Below are positions 23,913 through 36,212 of a DNA stretch of 64,000 nt, one piece after another; the first letter of the stretch is position 1, and each line of letters opens with the position of its first letter. The DNA comes from Macrostomum lignano (Eukaryota), in the NCBI GenBank assembly GCA_002269645.1, contig NIVC01000114.1, positions 62,001-126,000 on the forward strand, in the 5' to 3' direction. Under the pieces are notes generated by a model. The model was not told the origin of the DNA and did not search any database. It saw only the letters and a list, made by a program, of their open reading frames with translations. Position numbers and translations under genes: made by a program.

Positions 23913-25262
23913 ATGACGGAAGGCTATCAGAAAAAACAATCATCGGATTGCCAGATTTTAAGCGCAGCAAATCTTCCACAGCGTCGCTGCTACCCCACTG
24001 TTTTGCGTCGGCGCCAGAGCTGCTGTAGCTTTTCTGCCCAGCCTGCAACCTGCGCAGCGACCGTTTGCACTGGAAGCAGCAATGGCGAGGGTACCGACGA
24101 CCTGCATTCGCCAATACAGGATGGCACGCATTGTGACGTCGATGATGACTCAAAACTCGAGATCGAGTGGCAAAGGCGCAGCTACCGACAGCGACGTCCT
24201 TCTATTGTCTCCCTGATGCAGTCGTCCGGCATTCGACTGTCATTGGAGCGCCTACCGGAGGAAATGGCCGAGGCAATTCAACAGGAGCGTCTGGCATCGA
24301 CCTCAGCGTGCAACGTTGCCGAGATGAAGACAGGAATGCTGAGCCAGTCCGAGTTGGACGATGCACCTAAAGGTACCGCGTCCTTGGCCTCTGTGTACAC
24401 CGCTGCTGACGCAGAGGGTATTTCTACACCGTCCGCCAACGGCATTCTGAGTCGACTGCTGAGCCTGTGCCGGCGGTGTCTCCAACCAGTGGCTGAGTTC
24501 ACGTCCAGCTCGAGACGGCGTCAGCAGCAGCAACAACAGCGCTATCAGCAGCTGCACCAGCTGCAGCATCAGCATCAGCACCAATACACACTCGGGCAAC
24601 GTCCGTCGAGTATCCAGACTCTGTCGCGACGAACCGGCTTCTCCATCGGCGAATTAAAGATCTTGTACCGTCGCCTCAAGCAGCACTGTCCGTCTGGCCA
24701 GGTGCGGCGTCGTCAGTTCACTGACGCAATGTGCCAGCTGTTCCCCACCGGTAACGCCACGCTGTTCTCGCACTACGTGTTCAACACGATGGACAATGAC
24801 TCGGACGGTTGTGTTTCTGTTGAGGAGCTGCTCAAATCTCTTGCAATGCTTACTCGAGGCAGCCGCCGCGACCAGGCCGAGTGGCTGTTCCGCCTGTACG
24901 ACGTCGACTGCGACGGTCGAGTGTCGCGTCAGGACTGCCTGTCCGTCTCCGCCGCGGTGCTGGATCTCTGCTGCTGCGAGCTGGCCCAGCCGCCTCTGCG
25001 ACCGGACAGTCCGGGACGCCTGGCCGACCGGCTGCTGAACGAAGCCGCCGACGTAGCGGCTGTCGGCCGCAGTGGAGTGACGTCCGGAACGACGGCAACG
25101 GTCGGGACGGTGACAACAACCGACGAGGAAATCGTCGATTCCGAAGGGTCCGGCGTTGGCAGCTCAGCGGCACTGACGAGAGAGGAGTTCATCGCCTTCG
25201 CGATGGACAAGCTGGCAGCTGTGCTGCCGGAGGCTGGGGTTTTTGACACCGCGTTTGGCTGA
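23913..25262 (+). CDS. KChIP/neuronal-calcium-sensor family EF-hand protein with long N-terminal extension (449 aa, single ORF)
   Basis: TGFSIGELKILYRRLKQHCPSG (cryptic EF1 with Cys-Pro), FPTGNATLFSHYVFNTMDNDSDGCVSVEE (EF2), WLFRLYDVDCDGRVSRQD (EF3), and ALTREEF remnant of EF4. This is the KChIP1-4 pattern. Confidence 0.85.
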   Translation: MTEGYQKKQSSDCQILSAANLPQRRCYPTVLRRRQSCCSFSAQPATCAATVCTGSSNGEGTDDLHSPIQDGTHCDVDDDSKLEIEWQRRSYRQRRPSIVSLMQSSGIRLSLERLPEEMAEAIQQERLASTSACNVAEMKTGMLSQSELDDAPKGTASLASVYTAADAEGISTPSANGILSRLLSLCRRCLQPVAEFTSSSRRRQQQQQQRYQQLHQLQHQHQHQYTLGQRPSSIQTLSRRTGFSIGELKILYRRLKQHCPSGQVRRRQFTDAMCQLFPTGNATLFSHYVFNTMDNDSDGCVSVEELLKSLAMLTRGSRRDQAEWLFRLYDVDCDGRVSRQDCLSVSAAVLDLCCCELAQPPLRPDSPGRLADRLLNEAADVAAVGRSGVTSGTTATVGTVTTTDEEIVDSEGSGVGSSAALTREEFIAFAMDKLAAVLPEAGVFDTAFG

Positions 25263-25370
<108 letters not shown>

Positions 25371-27816
25371 GGACAACAGCTGTATTTTTGATAACCCCTA
25401 GTAAACCCTCTGAATTTATTTATCAGTAAAATTTTATCAGAAATTTGTAATACTGGTATATTTTTATGTAACTGTATCGCAATGAAGGACTTTTAAAGCA
25501 TCGAAAATCTTAACACTGTTAGACCTGTTAAATATTGATTGCAGCGAATTTCCATGCACAATGGATTTAATTGAGTGTAAGACGGCACACCTTTTGGAAT
25601 TTGTTAATTCTAAAGCAGTACATAGCGTTTGCATTAATTGGGAATCGTGCTTAAAAAATTATGCAAAAATTATGCAATTTTTTGAAGTCGAAACCGCAAT
25701 TTATCGCCCGCCACAGAACCAGAAAGCGAAATAAAATCCAAGCGTATTTTTTGTTTTATCGTCGTCAGCTTTGTTATTACGATCCATCCAGGCCTGCGTA
25801 AAGAATTGTCAGCAGTTTTGTGGTGAGCAACATATTTTTGGTAAAAAAAATGATATCTGTTCGGTCGGATCTCATGAATTAGTAACGAAATGAGAAGTCT
25901 GAGGCTCTACAGGTTTACCGGACTGAATCACTTGGGAATTCGGCTGTGAGTCAGTATTCGCGGCTAAAATATTCATTCAGTTTGCTTGAATGTCGAGTTC
26001 ATGGATGTCTGTCACTAGCACTCTCAAAGATCGCGTGAACTTGAGGCTAGGGGCTGGTTTTCGATGCAGACGTATGTAGACAACGTTATGTTTTCGAGAA
26101 ACTTTTTTCATAAAATTTAACGGATTGTAACGATTGTTTAAATACTCGCACTGGGGGGGGGGGTCTTTTGTCCCTTTTTCCTTGTCCTTTGAAGTTGGCC
26201 GCACTCTGTGTTTGGGGGTTTGACCTTACATTGGCGTATACATGTAGATCTTCCCAAATGAATGTGCATGGCCACGCATGGAATCGCAAGGTCGGGCTAT
26301 CAAGGACTGCTTCTTGGAAAACAAATAATATAGAGGCAGGTTTTATCGAAAAAATACATTACTTAGAATGGAAGTTTCCATCTTTTCAGAACAAAAATTA
26401 TTATTGCTTTTGATAGGAGGCTTTTCATACTTAGTTCTATACGAGTATTGATATCATGAGGCTTAGGCCTAGGTATCCATCAAAGCATCAAAGGTTGGTT
26501 GTTGCTTTTGTTAAATTAAATTTGTCAAGCATTGCAGAGAAGTTCATATTCACTTCACGCACCGTTCAGTCTTTTGCAGTCCAACCAGACATGCAGTTCT
26601 TGCGATCCTGAATAAAGTCAGATATAAATTGGTAAGACATTTTTTGACGTGACGCGATGGAGTTCCCTGTTAGGAATACATTTAGTAAGCTGCTAACATG
26701 AAGGTAAGCGTAAAATATTGGCTCGCTGCGTGTTTCGAGAGGAAAAGCAGGCCTTTCTAACTCGGTTAAAAATAACTGAGGCGACGACCTTTTTAAGCTT
26801 TACCTGACTGTAAAGTAAGGGCAGTTTTATACTTTTATATTGTCACTAGGGAGTCGCTAATTGATGGATGGATTTAATCCAGCATTAATTCATGCTTGGG
26901 TCAGTTATAAATTTGATGCCTATGACCTGATAGATCACTCCAAGTCCGTATGAGTTGCAGAATTCTCTTGCTTTATAAACCTTCAGTCGCCATCTTTCAC
27001 TGAGATTGTATGATGGACATGCAGTGTTTTGTAAAGTTATCGTGTAAATTATCGTGTGGGGGCCAACCCACAAGCCAACCCACACCCTGTGTGTACAGTA
27101 TTGGCGTGCTTGCATGTGCTCAGTCAGGAGTCGGCGTAATAGACAGAATTGCCGTCAGCGCTGGTTGCAGCATGACGTCACTGAAGGCGCTGCGTCAGGG
27201 TGCCCCCAGACGGCCCTCCTTCAGTCATTATTATACATGTCAGGTTCTGCTTAAGATGTTTTTATCTACCTTTGCAAACTGGAAGAACATCCAAGGCTTT
27301 CTGCTTCTGATAGGGGGTTTGCTTCCAGTCCATGCATGCTCCATCCACAGCCCATGCAGGTCATAAAAATAGCCACCGACTCTCATTTCGCAGCTCGCAT
27401 GTTAATTCAGCTTCACAGATTTCTGCAAAGGGAACCGCAAGCTGTTTTATGACTGGACGCATCCGCTGGGAAATCAAGCAGCCCTGCATGGAGAGCCGCC
27501 AAGAGTCGAGTAGCATATAAACAGATTCTGTAAAATAAAGTATTCGGTCTGGTCTCAATATAAATTACAGCTTGCATGACTCGGGAGAAGATTTTAATTA
27601 AACAACCCCCCGTGCAGCTTGAGTGATTGATGGCGCGAAAGTCGAAATTCGACTCGAAAAAATAGTGGAAAAGTGGCGTCTTTTTGTATATTTTTGTATG
27701 AGTAGCTATAGTTTTATTTGGAGCTCAGACAACACGCATCGAAAAAATTGCATATCTATTTTCAGGTTTCATGTATATAGTTTTCTGACTTGCTGGCGCG
27801 AGTGGATGAATATTCG

Positions 27817-29145
27817 ATGGATGCTGAAGGTGCTGTGGATGCTGAAGGTGCAGTGGATGCTGAAGGTGCGGTGGATGATGAAGATGCGGTGATTGCTGAA
27901 GGTGCTGTGGATTCTGAAGGTGCTGTGGATGCTGAAGGTGCAGTGGATGCTGAAGGTGCAGTGGATGCTGAAGTTGCGGTGGATGCTGATGGTGCTGTGG
28001 ATGCTGATGGTGCTGTGGATGCTGAAGGTGTTGTGGATGCTGAAGGTGCTGTGAGTGCTGAAGGTGCTGTGGATGCTGAAGGTGCTGTGGATGCTGAAGG
28101 TGCTGTGGATGCTGAAGGTGCTGTGGATGCTGAAGGTGCTGTGGATGCTGAAGGTGCGGTGGATGCTGAAGGTGCTGTGGATGCTGAAGGTGCTGTGGAT
28201 GCTGAAGGTGCTGTGGATGCTGAAGGTGCTGTGGATGCTGAAGGTGCTGTGGATGCTGAAGGTGCGGTGGATGCTGAAGGTGCTGTGGATGCTGAAGGTG
28301 CTGTGGATGCTGAAGGTGCTGTGGATGCTGATGGTGCTGTGGATGATGAAGGTGCAGTGGATGCTGAAGGTGCAGTGGATGCTGAAGTTGCGGTGGATGC
28401 TGATGGTGCTGTGGATGCTGATGGTGCTGTGGATGCTGATGGTGCTGTGGATGCTGAAGGTGCGGTGGATGCTGAAGGTGCAGTGGATGCTGAAGGTGCT
28501 GTGGATGATGAAGGTGCTGTGGATTCTGAAGGTGCTGTGGATGCTGAAGGTGCTGTGGATGCTGAAGGTGCAGTGGATGCTGAAGTTGCGGTGGATGCTG
28601 ATGGTACTGTGGATGCTGATGGTGCTGTGGATGCTGATGGTGCTGTGGATGCTGAAGGTGCGGTGGATGCTGAAGGTGCTGTGGATGCTGAAGGTGCGGT
28701 GGATGCTGAAGGTGCAGTGGATGCTGAAGGTGCTGTGGATGATGAAGGTGCTGTGGATTCTGAAGGTGCTGTGGATGCTGAAGGTGCTGTGGATGCTGAA
28801 GGTGCTGTGGATGCTGAAGGTGCTGTGGATGCTGAAGGTGCGGTGGATGATGAAGGTGCTGTGGATGCTGATGGTGCTGTGGATGCTGAAGGTGCTGTGG
28901 ATGCTGATGGTGCTGTGGATGCTGAAGGTGCTGTGGATTCTGAAGGTGCTGTGGATGCTGATGGTGCTGTGGATGCTGAAGGTGCTGTGGATGATGAAGG
29001 TGCTGTGGATGCTGAAGGTGCGGTGGATGCTGAAGGTGCTGTGGATGCTGAAGTTGCGGTGGATGCTGATGGTGCTGTGGATGCTGATGGTGCTGTGGAT
29101 GCTGAAGGTGTTGTGGATGCTGAAGGTGCCGTGAGTGCTGAAGGT
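27817..29145. repeat. 18-bp minisatellite GTGGATGCTGAAGGTGCT
   Basis: Tandem array; generates five of the long ORF-track entries. Confidence 0.97.
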
Positions 29146-29209
29146 GAAAATCTGCAATACAATTGAAAATTCCAAAAGATTTTCGGTCCAATTTCAAAGA
29201 GCTCTGTAG

Positions 29210-32200
29210 TCAGTTCGGACTGTCTCCAACCACAGTCTCATTCACGGTGAGATCGTTGGTGAAGACGCCAACCATGTTGCCATGACAACAGCAACAACTC
29301 TGGGCGGGACAGCATCTCACGCAGCGACTCAACATTCGTCTCACTTCTCTCCTCAGCTCGGCCATGAAGACAAACTGAACCAAAGGGTCTGTGAGGCAGC
29401 CCAGCAGGAAAGTGTGATGCAGAGCGAACGGCATGGTGAGTCCAGTCTCAGCCAGAAGGTAGTGCACCGTGAAGGGCGCAATGATCACCAGGCGACAGGC
29501 AGCCAGGACGGTCAGCATGGCACACAGGCGGAGCATGCAGTTGTTCTGCGTCTGTTGCTGCTGGCTTCTGTGCTGCAGAAGTCGCACAAAAGTCGCAACG
29601 TAAGCGACTGAGGATCCGACAAACAGGGACGCGGCGATGAGCATGTGCAGCCAGCGGATGGCTTCGCCGAGGCGCATTCGAATGTCGCAGCTGCTGGTCA
29701 GCGATTCCGCAATGGGAACGGCGCAGCCAGCGGCCATGAAGGGCGCAGCCATGGCCAGGAACAGCCCGCTGGCTGTGCGACGGTTCCAGCGAGTGGACAG
29801 CGGCTTAAAGACGGCCAGGGCGCGGTCCACAGCCAGGCAGAAGCTGGCCGCCATCTCCGTGCCGATCAGGGCGTCCCGGGGTGCCAGGAAGGCCGACGCC
29901 GGCCAGTAGAACCGCTCGAAGCGGAACAGAGGATTGGCCTCGACGTTGCCAAGACCCAGGGTGGCCGCGAACCAGCAGTAGATGCACATCTGCACGGGCG
30001 AGGGGTGTGCAGTTCAATGGGGTTGTAGCCCAGGGGTCAGAGCGCCTGACTCATGGCTAAAATGTTGTTGATCGAATCTGAATCAATCGAAAAAGATTTG
30101 TGTCCTTGAGAAAGACAACTGACTCTGCATTGCTTCAGTTCACCAGCTATAAAATGGGTGCCAGCATTAGCTGGGGTAATTGAGGGTGTGTGTGGCGATC
30201 CCCCTCCCCCACCCCAGTCTTTGGGCTGAACAGCCGTACGCAGTCTTCAGATGAGCCTTCAGGCTCAAGCAAGCAAGTACACTCTGTGCCTTTAGAGTTG
30301 AGCCTCATGGCTAGCTGGGTGAATCTTACGACAACCCCCCCCCCCTAGGCCTATTAGATTGCACACCAATGAATATGTCATCTTATCCTAGCGTTTTGAG
30401 TTCTAGGAGTATCAGATTGGGCACCTCATCGCTGTCTTTAAATCTATCTATCATTTTTACTATAAGTAGTGTCTCCTGCGACGTATTTTCTTCTCTGTCT
30501 TTTCAGCCTTTTAGCGACAGCAGCACGTGACGCAGCATTGCAAAAGAAGCAACTGCCAATCAACATTTCATCGATTGAACTGGCAACCTCATGGCTGGTC
30601 TATTGTTCTCAAAGTCTATAGAGAATAGTCCAATAGAAAACGGTCCAATATACCAGTTTAAAAGTACAGTCGGGTGTTCGAGTTGTACTTTTAACTCTTA
30701 ATCTTCCTGTCGACCTAATGAAGTCTGATTTTTTTGCTATCAACGCAGCACTTTTGACGGCAAACCTCTTTAGTAAAGACAAATTTCCAGAAATACATTT
30801 CCTTCATCGATCCATATCGTGTCTCCCGTAGATGAGCAAATCAGCAAATACTGCCATGCTGCCATGGGAGACATTGTTTGCGTACTCAGTGCCATGGCAG
30901 CTTCTTTGAATGCTGAACTGTGTGAATATTTATTCAAGCTGGTGATGTTCCAATTTCAAGTGGTTAGCGGCAGTTCTCAGGTGCTGCTTGAGCTTGTCAA
31001 ACACAGCAGGAGCTGCACTGCAACTCAAACTATTTATGGAAGACGAAACAGAAATCCTAGAGAAGATACGAGATTTGGGAGAATAGGATGCAGATGGGGA
31101 ACTGAAATAGAACTATTTTGTCTGCAGCTAGGGCGATGCTAACTTGAAAGTTTTAACTGACATGGTCTCATCACAGTCAGAGCTGAAATAGGGACACGGA
31201 TAGACAGACACTAAGACAGAAACTATGACAGACGCTGAGACAGACACTAAGACAGACACTAAGACAGACACTGAGACAGACACCAAGACAGACACTGAGA
31301 CAGACACTGAGACAGACACTGAGACAGACACTGAGACAGACACTGAGACAGACACTAAGACAGACACTGAGACAGACACTGAGACAGACACTGAGACAGA
31401 TACTAAGACAGACACTGAGACAGACACTGAGACAGACACTGAGACAGACACTGAGACAGACACTAAGACAGACACTGAGATAGACACTGAGGCAGACACT
31501 GAGAAAGACACTGAGACAGACACTGAGAAAGACACTGAGACAGACACTGAGACAGACACTAAGACAGACGCTAAGACAGACAGTGAGACAGACACTGAGA
31601 CAGACACTGAGACAGACACTAAGACAGACACTGAGACAGACACTGAGACAGACACTAAGACAAACACTAAGACAGACACTAAGACAAACACTAAGACAGA
31701 CGCTAAGACAGACACTGAGACAGACACTGAGACAGACACTGAGACAGACACCAAGACAGACACTGAGACAGACACCAAGACAGACACTGAGATAGACACT
31801 GAGACAGACACTGAGATAGACACTGAGACAGACCCTGAGACAGACACTAAGACAGACACTAAGACAGACACTGAGACAGACACCAAGACAGACACTGAGA
31901 CAGACACTGAGACAGACACTGAGACAGACACTGAGACAGACACTAAGACAGACACTGAGACAGACACTGACACAGACACTGACACAGACACTGACACAGA
32001 CACTGAGACAGACTTTAGGACAGACACTGAGACAGACACTAAGACAGACACTGAGACAGACACTAAGACAGACACTGAGACAGACACTAAGACAGACACT
32101 AAGACAGACACTAAGACAGACACTAAGACAGACACTAAGACAGACACTAAGACAGACACTGAGACAGACACTGAGACAGACTTTAGGACAGACACTGAGA

Positions 32201-32854
32201 CAGACACTGAGACAGACACTGAGACAGACACTAAGACAGACACTAAGACAGACACTGAGACAGACACTGAGACAGACACTGAGACAGACACCGAGACAGA
32301 CACCGAGACAGGCAGCCCGTCGCCACTCACCTGAGCAATCAGCAATGTGCTCAAGCTGCAGTTCAGCACCGCCACTCACCTGAGCAATCAGCAATGTGCT
32401 CAAGCTGCAGTTCAGCACCGCCACTCACCTGAGCAATCAGCAATGTGCTCAAGCTGCAGTTCAGCACCGCCACTCACCTGAGCAATCAGCAATGTGCTCA
32501 AGCTGCAGTTCAGCACCGCCACTCACCTGAGCAATCAGCAATGTGCTCAAGCTGCAGTTCAGCACCGCCACTCACCTGAGCAATCAACAGGCTGCTCAAG
32601 CTGCAGTTCAGCATTGCCACAATGCTGAGCAGTCTGCGGAAGCTGGACCTCTTGGTGATGCCGCCTTTGCAAGCAGCCGCCAAGATGAACGAGTTGAGCA
32701 CGGAGCTCAGCGCACCAGCGGCCCCGTAGGCAGTCAAGAAAGGCACATTGAGATGCGTCAGCAGAGCGTAGGTCTTCGTCTGCGGGCAGTCAGCTGAGCT
32801 CGCTTCAGTTGAAGCTGCTGTCATTTTGCCAATGCAATGAGAAATGTTTGCCAT
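29210..32854 (-). CDS. Divergent class A (rhodopsin-like) GPCR, possibly chemosensory; exons 32854-32576 and 29989-29210 (about 352 aa)
   Basis: TM1 AYGAAGALSSVLNSFILAA (GN-like); phase-0 junction LLIAQ|MCIY with CAG|GTGAGT and CCCGTGCAG acceptor; TM3 CLAVDRALAV (DRY-like); TM7 GCLTDPLVQFVF..ELRREV (NPxxY/helix 8-like); about 7 hydrophobic segments. Confidence 0.78.
31200..32311. repeat. GACACT/GAGACA 6-12 bp microsatellite in the GPCR intron
   Basis: Direct; source of the DT-rich and VS-rich ORFs. Confidence 0.96.
32321..32612 (-). repeat. 49-bp tandem repeat (about 6 units) made of the GPCR exon-1 end plus 5' splice site
   Basis: Minus-strand unit GTGCTGAACTGCAGCTTGAGCACATTGCTGATTGCTCAG|GTGAGTGGCG; exon ends at 32576, 32527, 32478, 32429, 32380 and 32331. 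Confidence 0.92.
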
Positions 32855-33263
32855 AAATCAAAGCATGCGATCTGTCAATCCAGCTGTTAGATGGACATTT
32901 TTATCCTTCAAATCGAGCAGTTAATAGCAGCATCGTTGGCATTGGCTGCTGCGGGTCTGGGGGTGTGGCATCCAGCTCCCCTTAGCAACCAGAACTTCTA
33001 TTGAACCGGAAGTGCGGCTGTGCGTGCATCGCCCATTGTCCCGGACAGGAGAAGTGAGCAGCTGCTCCGAGATGGGGCGGACTGGATTGACCAGCTGAAA
33101 AAGAAGCTGATTTTGGGAACTCTGCGAAATTTACTCTGACAGCGAATGGTAAAAATGGCTGCTGGATAAATGAGCCAGACTGCATGTGAAAAGTGCACGA
33201 TTTGATCTGAGTCACCTTGCTCAAGCTTTGAGTTCTTGGAAGTATCTCCCATTTCTGGGATTC

Positions 33264-33898
33264 CACTAATTACACACAGACATGCCACTGATTACACAGA
33301 CATGTCACTAATTACACAGGCATGTCACTAATTACACACAGACATGTCACTGATTACACAGACATGTCACTAATTACACAGGCATGTCACTAATTACACA
33401 GGCATGTCACTGATTACACAAACATGTCACTAATTATACAGACATGTCACTAATTACACAGAAATGTCACTGATTACACAGACATGTCACTAATTACACA
33501 GACATGTCACTGATTACACAGACATGTCACTAATTACGCAGACATGTCACTGATTACACAGACATGTCACTAATTACACAGAAATGTCACTGATTACACA
33601 GACATGTCACTAATTACACAGAAATGTCACTGATTACACAGACATGTCACTGATTACACAGACATGTCACTGATTACACAGACATGTCACTAATTACACA
33701 GAAATGTCACTGATTACACAGACATGTCACTAATTACACAGAAATGTCACTGATTACACAGACATGTCACTGATTACACAGACATGTCACTGATTACACA
33801 GAAATGTCACTGATTACACAGACATGTCACTGATTACACAAACATGTCACTGATTACACAGACATGTCACTAATTACGCAGACATGTCACTGATTACA
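33264..33898. repeat. 20-bp minisatellite GACATGTCACTGATTACACA
   Basis: Direct. Confidence 0.97.
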
Positions 33899-34072
33899 GG
33901 TTATAATTTCACTCGAACTGACACACAGAACCACAGGCGCAGGACAAAAAATCGAATGCAGTTGGTCTGGAAGGCGGCTGTTAGGGTATCAGGCTCTGAT
34001 TCGAACCCCATAGAAACCGCTCTGCTCACAACATGAGCAGCCCAACCCTCATAAACTTGAGCACAGGTCACC

Positions 34073-34465
34073 AAGAGTGACCAATTGATAAAAATTTCAA
34101 GAGTGACCAATTGATAATTTCAAGAGTGACCAATTGATAATTTCACGAGTGACCAATTGATAATTTCAAGAGTGACCAATTGATAATTTCACGAGTGACC
34201 AATTGATAATTTCAAGAGTGACCAATTGATAATTTCACGAGTGACCAATTGATAATTTCAAGAGTGACCAATTGATAATTTCATGAGTGACCAATTGATA
34301 ATTTCAAGAGTGACCAATTGATAATTTCATGAGTGACCAATTGATAATTTCAAGAGTGACCAATTGATAATTTCATGAGCGACCAATTGATAATTTCATG
34401 AGTGACCAATTGATAATTTCAATAGTGACCAATTAATAATTTCAAGAGTGACTAAATGATAATTT
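34073..34465. repeat. 22-bp minisatellite GAGTGACCAATTGATAATTTCA
   Basis: Direct. Confidence 0.97.
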
Positions 34466-35270
34466 CAAGGGCCGGTGCCGTCCGGTACCGATCCTTCGGT
34501 CCAGGCCTCGATGTCGCTAAGTGGTCGGCTCTTGAGGGCCTGCCGAGCTGCGGCCTTGGGACCGTCGGATCGGGAGGCCGCTCTGGCGATGTCTAGGTCG
34601 AAGGAGACATGCTCGCACTGGGCGTCCCAGGGTGCGCTGCCGGAATCCATGCCGCTGGGTGAAAGGCCGTCCAGGGTCTGGCAAATGTCTACTTCGGTAG
34701 CTGCGCGGCGCCAGCAGCCGCGGAAAGGGCGTGTGAGATCGCGTTGATCGACGAGGGTCCCCGTTGTATTGGGGGCGCTGTCCGTGCGGTGTTCCTCTTG
34801 GCAAAGTAGGAACGCCTCATGGCAGCGGCTTTTGAGTCGAGGCTGCAGCACGCGACTGAGGCTGGCGTGTCGGCTGGGAGGCGGAGGACCCGCTCGCGGA
34901 GGCAGGCGGCCCTCTCGGAGACGAGGTGGCTGAACAGCAGCAGGTCGGCAAGCTGCAGGACTGCTCTGGCATCCGTTGGCAGGATACAGCCTGTAATGGC
35001 GCAAGCTGCAGGACTGCTCTGGCATCCGTTGGCAGGATACAGCCTGTAATGGCGCAAGCTGCAGGACTGCTCTGGCATCCGTTGGTAGGATACAGCCTGT
35101 AATGGAGCAAGCTGTTCGCGTTTGATGGTGAGCCGCGTGGACGGTGCTGCACAGGCTACTCATCCGTATTCAGCGATTAGGCGACTCGTGCTGATGTAAG
35201 CCGTGTGTAGGGTGCGCATGTCCTCCCCGGTAGAGCGGATTATCGGGGAGTTTCTGATGGCGTTAGCGGG
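34466..35270 (-). mobile_element. Non-LTR retrotransposon fragment (I/R1-type, RT thumb to start of RNase H), degenerate, with an internal 53-bp triplication
   Basis: MRTLHTAYISTSRLIAEYG* (LY..yirs.lEYG), AACAITGCILPTDARAVLQLADL...ERAACLRERVLRLP (post-RT motif), and IEAWTEGSV (RNase H WTDGS). 53-bp repeats at 34948-35112. Confidence 0.7.
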
Positions 35271-35325
35271 GATTCGCTAGGATCAGGCAGCAGATCTCTA
35301 ATCCCATATCCATCCTTTTTTCCAG

Positions 35326-35641
35326 TCCCCAGCCGCCGCAAAGTCCTGTGGAAACACATGCTCCATCTGCTCATCAGCTGTCACCCATCAGTGGAGTGGC
35401 TGGACGCCGGTTCTGCTTCATCAACAGCGAGTCAGCAGCCCGCACCTGGGCCCAGGTGAAAAACCGGCCATCGATGGACTTTGAGAAGATGACTCACTCA
35501 ATCCGACTGTACTATCCCGGCAAGAAGAACATCGTGTACAAAGGGGTCAGGGACTTGGAGTACGGGTTCAACATGGGGAGCACTGAGGTGCGAGCTTTCA
35601 TGGAGCTGAGCCAATGTGCTGAGCCTCAGGTGCGCAGATAA
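35326..35641 (+). pseudogene. ETS-domain transcription-factor exon, frameshifted near 35408
   Basis: TTCCAG acceptor, then RRKVLWKHMLHLLISCHPSVEWLDA; after a frame change RFCFINSESAARTWAQVKNRPSMDFEKMTHSIRLYY...YKGVRDLEYGF. This is the ETS pattern (LW.FL..LL, W, A..W...KN.P.M.YEKLSR.LRYYY). Confidence 0.72.
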
Positions 35642-35811
35642 GCGGACAGCAGCTGCACTGCATGAAGTCATTTTTACTGAGCTGTACAGAATCCTGACTC
35701 TTGATGAGCGCCCACGGATGTTACTTTAGGTGTATTTTTAATTTGCTCACTGATAAACAAATTTAAATAGCTTTTTTATTATTAAAAAATTTTTCATTTG
35801 TTATTTGATTT

Positions 35812-36212
35812 GTCACTCTGGGCTGGGAGCTGAGCACTGTGATCTGTCACTCTGGGCTGGGACCTGAGCACTGTGATCCGTCACTCTGGGCTGGGACCTG
35901 AGCACTGTGATCTTCCACTCTGGGCTGGGACCTGAGCACTGTGATCTGTCACTCTGTGCTGGGACCTGAGCACTGTGATCTGTCACTCTGGACTGGGACC
36001 TGAGCACTGTGATCCGTCACTCTGGGCTGGGACCTGAGCACTGTGATCTTCCACTCTGGGCTGGGACCTGAGCACTGTGATCTGTCACTCTGGACTGGGA
36101 CCTGAGCACTGTGATCCGTCACTCTTGGCTGGGACCTGAGCACTGTGATCTGTCACTCTGGGCTGGGACCTGAGCACTGTGATCTGTCACTCTGGACTGG
36201 GACCTGAGCACT
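35812..36212. repeat. 34-bp minisatellite GGGACCTGAGCACTGTGATCTGTCACTCTGGGCT (array in duplicated block A)
   Basis: Direct; same unit as 37767-38457. Confidence 0.96.

Noticed and set aside
25381-27800. Possible DNA transposon bounded by AGCTGTA/TACAGCT
   Set aside because: The inverted match is too short, with no TSD or transposase motif found.
27725-29197. Five ORFs of 359-490 aa (HPQHLQ, SASTAP, DAEGAV and others)
   Set aside because: These are stop-free frames of an 18-bp minisatellite, with no unique domain or splice support.
31128-32424. 369-415 aa DT-rich, VS-rich and CLSV-rich ORFs
   Set aside because: Translation of an intronic GACACT/GAGACA microsatellite.
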